The notes beneath the pieces are model-generated. The model was not told where the DNA came from and did no database searches. It saw nothing but the letters and a program-made list of their open reading frames with translations. Positions 26,337-34,187 of a DNA stretch of 34,187 nt are shown here, piece by piece (within the stretch, counting starts at the first letter, position 1; every line of letters starts with the position of its first letter). Location of the stretch: NCBI GenBank assembly GCA_036724225.1, contig DAIMFZ010000002.1:1-34187 (forward strand). The letters run 5' to 3'. This DNA comes from Aequorivita sp. (GTDB lineage: Bacteria; Bacteroidota; Bacteroidia; Flavobacteriales; Flavobacteriaceae). Both the position numbers and the translations under genes were made by a program.

Positions 26337-27500
26337 TTATACTTCATTTTTACGGCGGGCCTTAATCCACCGTTCAGGAATTTCCTGATTGCACGCACCC
26401 AAATACTCGCCATAAGTGCAAGGTAATAACGTACGCCTTTTTAATTTATTATTAACATTTGAAATAAATGGCAAAACAATCCACCATCTTTCTGTTTTAT
26501 TGCTCTTTTTGAATTCCAAGATATCATCTTCCACAGGAACTTTATAGGTAGTAAAGCCCTTTTCGTTATCAAAATCATCATCCACCACCCTAAAATTAAA
26601 TCCTTCAATAAAATACCAAACTATTTGTGCCACCAGCATAATTCCACTCTTGTTTTCTATGGAATCGCTCAGTTCAAAAACGCTAAAAGATTTCACTTTA
26701 TTGCTAATACCTGCATAACGGGCTATAGCGCAAATTTCACGGCCGTCAAAACCATTGGGACTCTCGTTGTTTTTATAACTTAATTCCGCACTTTTTATTG
26801 CGGTAACATCCAAGGTCACCATATCTGCATCGCGCATTATGGGCTCTACAATGGTAATGTCTGCCGAAATTTCACCTAATCTATAAGCGTCAAAAAACAA
26901 TTTATCCATCAAGGCAATTTCTTGTGGCGCATTAAAAAAGGATTGATAGCCCAAAACACTATAATTGAAAAGATTGTAGGGCCGATCCACCACCATTTTT
27001 CCAATAAATGATTTATTGGAAATGGGCAGTTCGGCATTGCCAAGGTCAAAACGGTTGTCAATATTAACTGCGTTTACCATTTCATCCAAACCGTCGTACC
27101 CACGGTATTGGGCATACGCCAAATCCTGACTGCCGCCAAGAATGAGCGGAATAATATTTTTTTTTAGAAGCGCGCCTATAACCTCTTTAGCAGCAAAGCG
27201 GGTATCTTCGGCCGTTTCTCCTTTTTCAATATCGCCGAGGTCAATTATTTTAGTATCCCAATTTCCGGGGTACAAAGAATAAAGTGCCTTTCTATAGGTG
27301 TCAAAACATATATTTCCACCCATGTAATTAACATCGGCGCGGTTTTCCTTTATTCCGAGTAAAGCGAACTTTACGTCTTTTAAATTCGGCAATTCCCCTG
27401 TTTTGGCATGTACATCAATTATTTTTCCCAAAGTTCCGATAGACAGGATTTCCCGATGTGCCAATACTTTTTTTGAAACTGGGGATAAAAATTCTATCAT
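26337..27500 (-). CDS. Arginase/formimidoylglutamase-fold protein
   Basis: IIDLGDI, PLILGGSQDL, NIDNRFD, SPNGFDGREIC. ATG overlaps the topA stop. Confidence 0.82.
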   Translation of the reverse strand: MIEFLSPVSKKVLAHREILSIGTLGKIIDVHAKTGELPNLKDVKFALLGIKENRADVNYMGGNICFDTYRKALYSLYPGNWDTKIIDLGDIEKGETAEDTRFAAKEVIGALLKKNIIPLILGGSQDLAYAQYRGYDGLDEMVNAVNIDNRFDLGNAELPISNKSFIGKMVVDRPYNLFNYSVLGYQSFFNAPQEIALMDKLFFDAYRLGEISADITIVEPIMRDADMVTLDVTAIKSAELSYKNNESPNGFDGREICAIARYAGISNKVKSFSVFELSDSIENKSGIMLVAQIVWYFIEGFNFRVVDDDFDNEKGFTTYKVPVEDDILEFKKSNKTERWWIVLPFISNVNNKLKRRTLLPCTYGEYLGACNQEIPERWIKARRKNEV

Positions 27501-30016
27501 TATTTTTTCTTGGCGGTGGCTTTTTTCTTAGTTGTAGTTTTCTTTTTGGCGGCGGCTTTTTTCTTTGGGCTTTTCTTTTCAAGTAAATCCTTTGCTTCTT
27601 CCAAAGTCATTTTTTCAGCCTCGGTCCCTTTTGGCAATTCTACTTTTAACTTTCCTTTTATCAAATTGAAACGGCCCCAACGAGCCTTCTCGATGCGAAT
27701 TTTCTCTTCTGGCCATTCGTTGATAAGTTTGTCGATCTCTTTTTGCTTTTTATCTTCGATAAGCTCTTTCACATCTTCTTTTGAAAGATTGTCAAAATCG
27801 TACTTTTTATTCACGTTGATGAACATATTGTCCCATTTTATGAAAGGACCAAAACGGCCAACACCCTTTTGAACAGGCAGATTCTCATACATAAATATAG
27901 GAGCATCGGCCTTTTTCTTTTCTTCAATTAGCTCTTTCGCAAAAGCCATATCCACATCCAGCGGGTCCATTCCCTTCGGAAGTGAAATAAAGGTTTTTCC
28001 AAAACGAACATAAGGTCCAAATCGTCCGTTGTTTACCTCAACTTCTTCCTTGTCATAAACCCCCAAAGTTTTCGGAAGTTTAAACAGATCCATCACTTCC
28101 TCAAAAGTAACCAAATGCAATTGTTGATCTGGGCGAAGACTGGCAAATTTTTTCTCTTCATCGTCCGGTGCACCAATTTGAGCCATGGGTCCATATTTCC
28201 CAAGGCGAACCAAAACAGTTCTTCCTGTTTCTGGATCTTCGCCAAGAACGCGCTCTCCACTTTCTCGTTCAGCGTTCTCTTCCACATGTTCAACCCGTGG
28301 ATGGAATTCTGCATAAAAATTCTTCATCATCTTGGTCCATTCTTCTTTTCCTTCGGCAATATCGTCAAAATCCTGCTCTACTTTTGCAGTAAAATTGTAA
28401 TCCATAATATTTTCGAAATGCTCCACCAAAAAGTCATTAACTATCAATCCAATGTCAGTGGGAACCAATTTCCCTTTATCTGAACCAACTGTTTCGGTTA
28501 AAGTTTTATCTTTTATATTTTCTTTTTGAAGTGTTAATTGAAGATATTTTCGCTCCATGCCTTCCACAGTTCCCTTTTCAACATAATTTCTGCTTATGAT
28601 GGTTGAAATTGTTGGCGCATAGGTTGAAGGTCGGCCAATGCCGAGTTCCTCCAACTGTTTTACTAAGGAAGCTTCCGTATATCTGTATGGCGGACGCGTA
28701 TATCGCTCGGTTGCCGTGATGTAATTATTTTGAAGTGAATCGCCGTTTTTCATATTTGGCAACATTCCTTCCTGCTCCTCTTCTTCAAAATCGGTCCCTT
28801 CCAAATACACTTTTAGGAAACCGTCAAATTTTATCATTTCGCCATTTGCAACGAAATTCTCTGATACATTTTGCTTTGAAAGCACATCAATTTTCACATT
28901 GGTGCGCTCCAATTGTGCATCGCTCATTTGCGAAGCCAAGGTTCGTTTCCAAATTAAATCGTACAAACGCGCTTGGTCGTGATCACCAGTGATGTTGTGC
29001 AATGACATATCCGTCGGGCGGATGGCCTCGTGAGCTTCCTGTGCGCCTTTACTTTTACTTTTATAATCTCGGGGCTTACTGTATTCCTTTCCGTAGGAAG
29101 AAGTAATTTCTTTCTGGGCTGCGTTTTTTGCATCGTTGGAAAGATTAACACTATCGGTACGCATATAGGTTATAAAACCCGCCTCATACAAACGCTGTGC
29201 GATGGTCATTGTTTTTCCCACCGAAAAATACAATTTTCGCGCAGCTTCCTGCTGTAAAGTTGAAGTGGTAAAAGGCGCTGCTGGCGATTTGCTGGCAGGC
29301 TTTTTTGTTAAATCTGAAATTTTATAATTAGCTCCCAAATTCTTCCGAAGAAACTCGCGGGCTTCATCTTCAGTATCAAAATTCTTTGGAAGTTTAGCTT
29401 TGAATTTGCTGCCTTCGAGCGTTGTAAATTCCGCATCAATCCTGTAAGAGCCAATGGGATTGAAAGTCTCAATCTCTCGCTCGCGCTCCACAATCAACCG
29501 CACTGCAACCGATTGTACGCGACCAGCGGAAAGTCCGCCTTTCACTTTTTTCCAAAGCACGGGTGAAAGTTCATAACCCACCAAACGATCCAAAACGCGG
29601 CGCGCTTGTTGGGCGTTTACCAAATTATAATCTATTTTGCGTGGGTTTTCAATAGCTTTTAAAATAGCGGTTTTTGTAATTTCGTGAAAAACAATCCGTT
29701 TTGTTTTGTTTTTATCAAGCTTCAATTCCTCAGCTAAATGCCACGCAATGGCTTCTCCCTCTCGGTCCTCATCACTCGCCAACCAAACCATATCGGCATT
29801 TTTGGAAAGTGCTTTCAATTCTGCCACCAACTTTTTCTTGTCGCTGCTCACTATATATTTAGGTGTGAAATCCCCTTCTACATCTACGCCCAATTCCTTG
29901 GACGGTAGATCTGCAATGTGCCCAAAACTGGAGGAAACCTTGAAATCTTTCCCAAGAAATTTTTCAATGGTTTTTGCTTTTGCCGGGGACTCAACGATCA
30001 CTAAATTCTTTGCCAT
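27500..30016 (-). CDS. topA: DNA topoisomerase I
   Basis: LVIVESPAKAKTI, ASDEDREGEAI, SAGRVQS, ITYMRTDS, QEAHEAIRPT, Lys-rich tail. Confidence 0.98.
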   Translation of the reverse strand: MAKNLVIVESPAKAKTIEKFLGKDFKVSSSFGHIADLPSKELGVDVEGDFTPKYIVSSDKKKLVAELKALSKNADMVWLASDEDREGEAIAWHLAEELKLDKNKTKRIVFHEITKTAILKAIENPRKIDYNLVNAQQARRVLDRLVGYELSPVLWKKVKGGLSAGRVQSVAVRLIVEREREIETFNPIGSYRIDAEFTTLEGSKFKAKLPKNFDTEDEAREFLRKNLGANYKISDLTKKPASKSPAAPFTTSTLQQEAARKLYFSVGKTMTIAQRLYEAGFITYMRTDSVNLSNDAKNAAQKEITSSYGKEYSKPRDYKSKSKGAQEAHEAIRPTDMSLHNITGDHDQARLYDLIWKRTLASQMSDAQLERTNVKIDVLSKQNVSENFVANGEMIKFDGFLKVYLEGTDFEEEEQEGMLPNMKNGDSLQNNYITATERYTRPPYRYTEASLVKQLEELGIGRPSTYAPTISTIISRNYVEKGTVEGMERKYLQLTLQKENIKDKTLTETVGSDKGKLVPTDIGLIVNDFLVEHFENIMDYNFTAKVEQDFDDIAEGKEEWTKMMKNFYAEFHPRVEHVEENAERESGERVLGEDPETGRTVLVRLGKYGPMAQIGAPDDEEKKFASLRPDQQLHLVTFEEVMDLFKLPKTLGVYDKEEVEVNNGRFGPYVRFGKTFISLPKGMDPLDVDMAFAKELIEEKKKADAPIFMYENLPVQKGVGRFGPFIKWDNMFINVNKKYDFDNLSKEDVKELIEDKKQKEIDKLINEWPEEKIRIEKARWGRFNLIKGKLKVELPKGTEAEKMTLEEAKDLLEKKSPKKKAAAKKKTTTKKKATAKKK

Positions 30017-30036
30017 ATGCTCTTTTGTTATGGCTA

Positions 30037-30044
30037 CAAAAGTA
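30037..30044 (-). promoter_or_regulatory. Bacteroidota -7 promoter element for topA
   Basis: Minus strand TACTTTTG, 21 nt upstream of the ATG. Confidence 0.55.
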
Positions 30045-30243
30045 TATGAATTTTTGAATACGCAATTTTCAGGGAAGAAATTTAGTCTTCCGTTAACAGA
30101 ATTATCGGCGGGAATAGCAGTATTTTACACCTTCTTTAAACAAAAAAAATATAATAAATTTCCTTCAAACCAAAACTAATTTACTTTACCGGAACCGTAT
30201 TTTACCTTTCTCTTTAACTTTATTCCAAAACTTTAGGCCAGTG

Positions 30244-30789
30244 ATGAAAATTTTCAATACTCCAACCTTTTCCGAAGAAAAAAATGTGAATTGTATTATA
30301 GAAATTCCCGCCGGAACCAGCAAAAAAATTGAATTCAACAAAACTTCGAAGAAATTTGCGGTGGACCTACGCGATGGAAAAGAACGCATTATTGAATACC
30401 TGCCATATCCCGGAAATTACGGGTTTATCGCTTCTACTTATTCCGATCCAACAACGGGCGGCGACGGCGATCCGCTGGATGTTTTGGTGCTTTGTGAATC
30501 CTTAAAAACGGGAACTATTCTTGAAACAACACCAATTGGCGTACTGAAACTTTTGGATGCAGGCGAATCGGACTACAAAGTAATTTGCATTCCCGCTGAT
30601 GCAAAATTGCGCACTGTTTCAGCAGAAAATTTTAATGAGTTCTCAAAAAAATACACAAATGCACTCCAATTGATCGAGACTTGGTTTTCAAACTACGACC
30701 ATTCCGATCCCGTAATTATTGAAGGATGGGGTGATGAAAAGGAAGCAATGGCAGAAATACAGCGACTTTCAGTTCCAATGGGAAAGTAA
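30244..30789 (+). CDS. ppa: Inorganic pyrophosphatase (family I)
   Basis: IIEIPAG, YPGNYGFI, DGDPLDVLV, DAGESDYKVI. Confidence 0.9.
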   Translation: MKIFNTPTFSEEKNVNCIIEIPAGTSKKIEFNKTSKKFAVDLRDGKERIIEYLPYPGNYGFIASTYSDPTTGGDGDPLDVLVLCESLKTGTILETTPIGVLKLLDAGESDYKVICIPADAKLRTVSAENFNEFSKKYTNALQLIETWFSNYDHSDPVIIEGWGDEKEAMAEIQRLSVPMGK

Positions 30790-30825
30790 ATCCGCATCAG
30801 AATATTTTATAAAAAAATCTGACAC

Positions 30826-30857
30826 TTTGTCACCGTTACCAATTAATTGTATCTTTG
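30826..30857 (+). promoter_or_regulatory. Bacteroidota housekeeping promoter for miaB (-33 TTTG, -7 TATCTTTG)
   Basis: TTTG at 30826-30829, 20-nt spacer, TATCTTTG at 30850-30857. Confidence 0.7.
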
Positions 30858-30905
30858 CCGGTTCAATGGTTTAAGGCTACGAAATGCAATGAAGCTTGAA
30901 ATTTT

Positions 30906-32354
30906 ATGGAAAAGATAATTGATGAAAACACTCAAGGAAACACGCTAACATTGGAGGCGCGTGATAACAATTCCAAAAAACTATATATTGAAAGCTACGG
31001 CTGTGCTATGAACTTTAGCGATAGCGAAATTGTTGCTTCCATCCTTGCAGACCAAGGCTACAATACCACTAATTTGCTGGAAGAGGCAGATTTGGTTTTG
31101 GTGAACACCTGCTCCATTCGCGACAAAGCGGAACAAACTATTCGCAAACGTTTGGAAAAATACAACGCCGTAAAGAGAACTGTAAACCCCAAAATGAAGG
31201 TTGGAGTTCTGGGTTGCATGGCGGAGCGTTTAAAGGAAAAATTTCTCGAAGAGGAGAAAATCGTCGATTTGGTGGTTGGGCCAGATGCCTATAAAGACAT
31301 TCCAAATTTGCTAAAAGATGTTGAAGAAGGTCGAGATGCCGTGAACGTAATTCTTTCCAAAGATGAAACTTACGGTGATATTTCACCAGTGCGATTGGGC
31401 GGCAATGGAATTACCGCTTATGTGAGCATCACCCGTGGTTGCGACAATATGTGTACGTTCTGCGTGGTTCCGTTTACAAGAGGTCGTGAACGCAGCCGCG
31501 ATCCGCAAAGTATTTTAAGTGAAATTGATGATTTGGCCGAAAAGGATTATAAAGAAATCACCTTGCTTGGCCAAAATGTGGACAGCTATTTATGGTACGG
31601 CGGCGGTTTGAAAAAAGATTTCAAAAGTGCTTCTGTAATGGAGCAGGCAACGGCTACAGATTTTGCGCATTTGCTTGATATGGCTGCAACGGCACATCCC
31701 GAAATGCGCATTCGTTTTTCAACAAGCAATCCGCAGGATATGCACGAAGAAGTATTGCATATTGTGGCGAAACACAAAAATATTTGCAACCACATCCACC
31801 TTCCGGTTCAAAGTGGAAGCACGCGAATTTTGAAGGAAATGAACCGTCAGCACACGCGGGAAGAATATTTAAAATTGATTGAAAGAATTTGGGAAATCAT
31901 TCCCGGATGTTCCATTTCACAGGATCTAATTATTGGTTTCCCAACTGAAACCGAGGAAGACCACAAAGAAACCTTGAGTTTAATGGAACAAGTGAAATAC
32001 GGTTTTGGCTATATGTACAAATATTCCGAAAGGCCAGGTACAATGGCTGCGCGAAAACTGGAAGACAATGTGCCCGAAGAAACAAAAAGTCGAAGATTGA
32101 CCGAAATTGTTAACCTTCAGCAAAAGCACAGCGCCATTCGCACAGCGGAATTTTTAGGGAAAACAGTAACTGTTTTAATTGAAAAAGAATCGAAAAAAAA
32201 CGAAGACGAGTGGAGCGGCAGAACAGAGCATAACAATGTTGCCGTTTTTCCGAAGGAAAATTACAAGCCCGGCGATTTTGTGCTTGTAAAAATAACCGAT
32301 TGTACCACTGCCACACTTATTGGCGAAGCGGTGGAATATTCCAAAAACCAATAA
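30906..32354 (+). CDS. miaB: tRNA-2-methylthio-N6-dimethylallyladenosine synthase MiaB
   Basis: SYGCAMNFSDSE, NTCSIR, GCMAER, radical-SAM CDNMCTFC, C-terminal TRAM domain. Confidence 0.97.
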   Translation: MEKIIDENTQGNTLTLEARDNNSKKLYIESYGCAMNFSDSEIVASILADQGYNTTNLLEEADLVLVNTCSIRDKAEQTIRKRLEKYNAVKRTVNPKMKVGVLGCMAERLKEKFLEEEKIVDLVVGPDAYKDIPNLLKDVEEGRDAVNVILSKDETYGDISPVRLGGNGITAYVSITRGCDNMCTFCVVPFTRGRERSRDPQSILSEIDDLAEKDYKEITLLGQNVDSYLWYGGGLKKDFKSASVMEQATATDFAHLLDMAATAHPEMRIRFSTSNPQDMHEEVLHIVAKHKNICNHIHLPVQSGSTRILKEMNRQHTREEYLKLIERIWEIIPGCSISQDLIIGFPTETEEDHKETLSLMEQVKYGFGYMYKYSERPGTMAARKLEDNVPEETKSRRLTEIVNLQQKHSAIRTAEFLGKTVTVLIEKESKKNEDEWSGRTEHNNVAVFPKENYKPGDFVLVKITDCTTATLIGEAVEYSKNQ

Positions 32355-32369
32355 ACAAACTAACTTAAA

Positions 32370-33227
32370 ATGAAAAAATTATTTCTACTACTATTTGCCG
32401 TTACTTTTCTTAGTTGTTCATCTGATGACACCAACAATGATGAGCAATCTGGTAATGAAGTTTTAAATATTTCAAAACTAACACAAACCAGCAATGGTCG
32501 CATATTTATAAGATATTATAATGAAGACGGCACTATTATTAAAGAACTAGGCATGAATGTTGGAGACAACGAAGCCAATAGACCTTACACTCTTTATGAA
32601 TATGACAATCAAAAAAACTTAAAGAACCTTAAATTTTATTCCGCAAATGGCGATTTTATAAGAGATTACCGTGCCTACGAATATGACAGTAATAATAGGT
32701 TAATAAAGCTAACAGATTCGGGAGATGGCGCTCCCGATCCTTACATTACAACTTTCACTTATAGTAATAATAGAGTAGATTTTGAAGAAACTATAAGTGA
32801 AAAAGTTGGTTCAATTATCTTTGATGCAAAGGGCAGAATTATTGAAACAAATCACCAATCTAGCCCCTCTGGTTTAACTACACATTTTATAAAATACAAT
32901 GCTGACAACCAAGTGACTGAAATAAGTGATGCAAGTGGCACAACCTATAATTATGAAACGAACGATACGTCAAACCCATTGTTCCAATTTTTTATAAGTA
33001 AGCCTATGCAATATATGCTTAGCGAGCATCATTTATATGATATTGATTTCACATTTGACACATCATATTCTGTAAATAATGTTACAAAATTTATTGTAAG
33101 TCAAAATAATCTTCCAGTAGGAACAGAGGAAACAACTTTCCAATCAAACAGCAATAATTATCCCATCGGCTCAACCACAGTTAGAATTAATGGATCTATC
33201 ATAGAAAGAACTTTCGAATATTATTAA
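32370..33227 (+). CDS. Surface lipoprotein, YD-like beta-rich (paralog 1)
   Basis: Lipobox FLSC followed by acidic SSDD; YEYD repeats; ends FEYY. Confidence 0.82.
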   Translation: MKKLFLLLFAVTFLSCSSDDTNNDEQSGNEVLNISKLTQTSNGRIFIRYYNEDGTIIKELGMNVGDNEANRPYTLYEYDNQKNLKNLKFYSANGDFIRDYRAYEYDSNNRLIKLTDSGDGAPDPYITTFTYSNNRVDFEETISEKVGSIIFDAKGRIIETNHQSSPSGLTTHFIKYNADNQVTEISDASGTTYNYETNDTSNPLFQFFISKPMQYMLSEHHLYDIDFTFDTSYSVNNVTKFIVSQNNLPVGTEETTFQSNSNNYPIGSTTVRINGSIIERTFEYY

Positions 33228-33245
33228 TACTAAAACCAATATATT

Positions 33246-34136
33246 ATGAAACGCATTCTATTTCTTTTTACAGCAAGTTTATTGTTGTTGGCGTGTTCTA
33301 ATAATGATGACAACGGACCAAATGGGCCACAGGAACTGAAAATCAAGACATTTACAACTATTGGAGTGGATGTCAATGGAGTTCCCACCGGCGATATCAC
33401 CGAATACTCATTTAATGAAAACGGCACTTTATCACAGAAAAAAACTGATGAAGCAGCTTCCGATTATACACGAGTTATAAATTATACGTATAACCAACTT
33501 GGACAACTAACAGAAAGCAACATGACTTTTATAGGGGTCAATACGAATAGAAGGCTTGGATATAATTATGATTCTGCAAACAAATTGGATTATATAACAG
33601 AATCTTATGATGGAGCAATTCCAGAAATTTATTTTGAATTGACGCATGGGCCCAATAAAATCTCAGTTGAACACCGATCCCCTGGTTTTTTTGATTTTTT
33701 AAATTACAGCAATAACATTCTAACATCTATAGATAGATTGGTTGATGAGGGCGGACATTCAACAGAAAATTTGATCTATGACGCAGCCAATAATATAAGA
33801 GAAAGACCTAGGAGGGTTACTAGTCCTATTTATGGCGAACCCGAAACTTTCTTGAATTATACGTATCATTACGATGATAAAATAAACCCGCTCTATCCAG
33901 CTTTCAATAATAACCCATTAAATTTATTGGGGCAATATTGGTTTGATTTAGATTATTGGAAACCATTTTTATCTCCCAATAATTTTACGAGCGAAGTTTA
34001 CACCAACACCCTAAACCCTGATGACGATTATACAATTTCAAGAACATTCCAATCTAACGAAGCTGGTTACCCAATAAGCGCAGTAGTTAAAAAGAACAAT
34101 GTGCTAATTGAAGAATTAATCTACGAATATTATTAA
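33246..34136 (+). CDS. Surface lipoprotein, YD-like beta-rich (paralog 2)
   Basis: Lipobox LLAC followed by SNNDD; YTYN/YNYD/YDDKINP; ends YEYY. Confidence 0.82.
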   Translation: MKRILFLFTASLLLLACSNNDDNGPNGPQELKIKTFTTIGVDVNGVPTGDITEYSFNENGTLSQKKTDEAASDYTRVINYTYNQLGQLTESNMTFIGVNTNRRLGYNYDSANKLDYITESYDGAIPEIYFELTHGPNKISVEHRSPGFFDFLNYSNNILTSIDRLVDEGGHSTENLIYDAANNIRERPRRVTSPIYGEPETFLNYTYHYDDKINPLYPAFNNNPLNLLGQYWFDLDYWKPFLSPNNFTSEVYTNTLNPDDDYTISRTFQSNEAGYPISAVVKKNNVLIEELIYEYY

Positions 34137-34154
34137 TCCCAAAAACGATAAATT

Positions 34155-34187
34155 ATGAAACGTATCCTATTTCTTTTTACAGCAAGT
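34155..34187 (+). CDS. Start of a third paralogous lipoprotein (runs off window)
   Basis: MKRILFLFTAS, identical to the first 11 aa of paralog 2. Confidence 0.8.
   Translation, partial: MKRILFLFTAS

Overview
Flavobacteriaceae (Bacteroidota) chromosomal window, inferred from gldKLMN, TAnnTTTG promoters and acidic lipoprotein export signals. The genus cannot be determined with certainty. The standout is the left edge (1-~1945). A 5'-truncated ECF/sigma-E-like gene with two tandem sigma-4-type HTH modules lies 1 nt upstream of a 366-aa Cas12f/TnpB homolog. That protein has its RuvC-I Asp and RuvC-II Glu replaced and lacks the Zn finger and RuvC-III. It is followed by two ~65-nt structured RNA repeats (compensatory stem change, potential pseudoknot, 3' ...ACAAC), each followed by a short related but distinct guide-like segment. 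This fits a nuclease-dead, RNA-guided transcription-activation module (dCas12f + sigma factor + gRNAs). The rest is mostly housekeeping: DUF5686 outer-membrane protein, pdhB, tRNA-Leu, M20 dipeptidase, PhnA-domain protein, BlaI/M56 pair with operators, M1 peptidase, initiator tRNA-Met, ABC-F, gldKLMN, arginase-fold protein, topA, ppa and miaB. Other oddities are an 11-bp phased repeat array, a deleted four-helix-bundle gene between inverted heptamer arrays, two genes split by single in-frame TAA codons, an A15 run in the ABC-F gene, and a tandem surface-lipoprotein array at the right edge. All homology calls are from motif recognition by eye; no searches were run.
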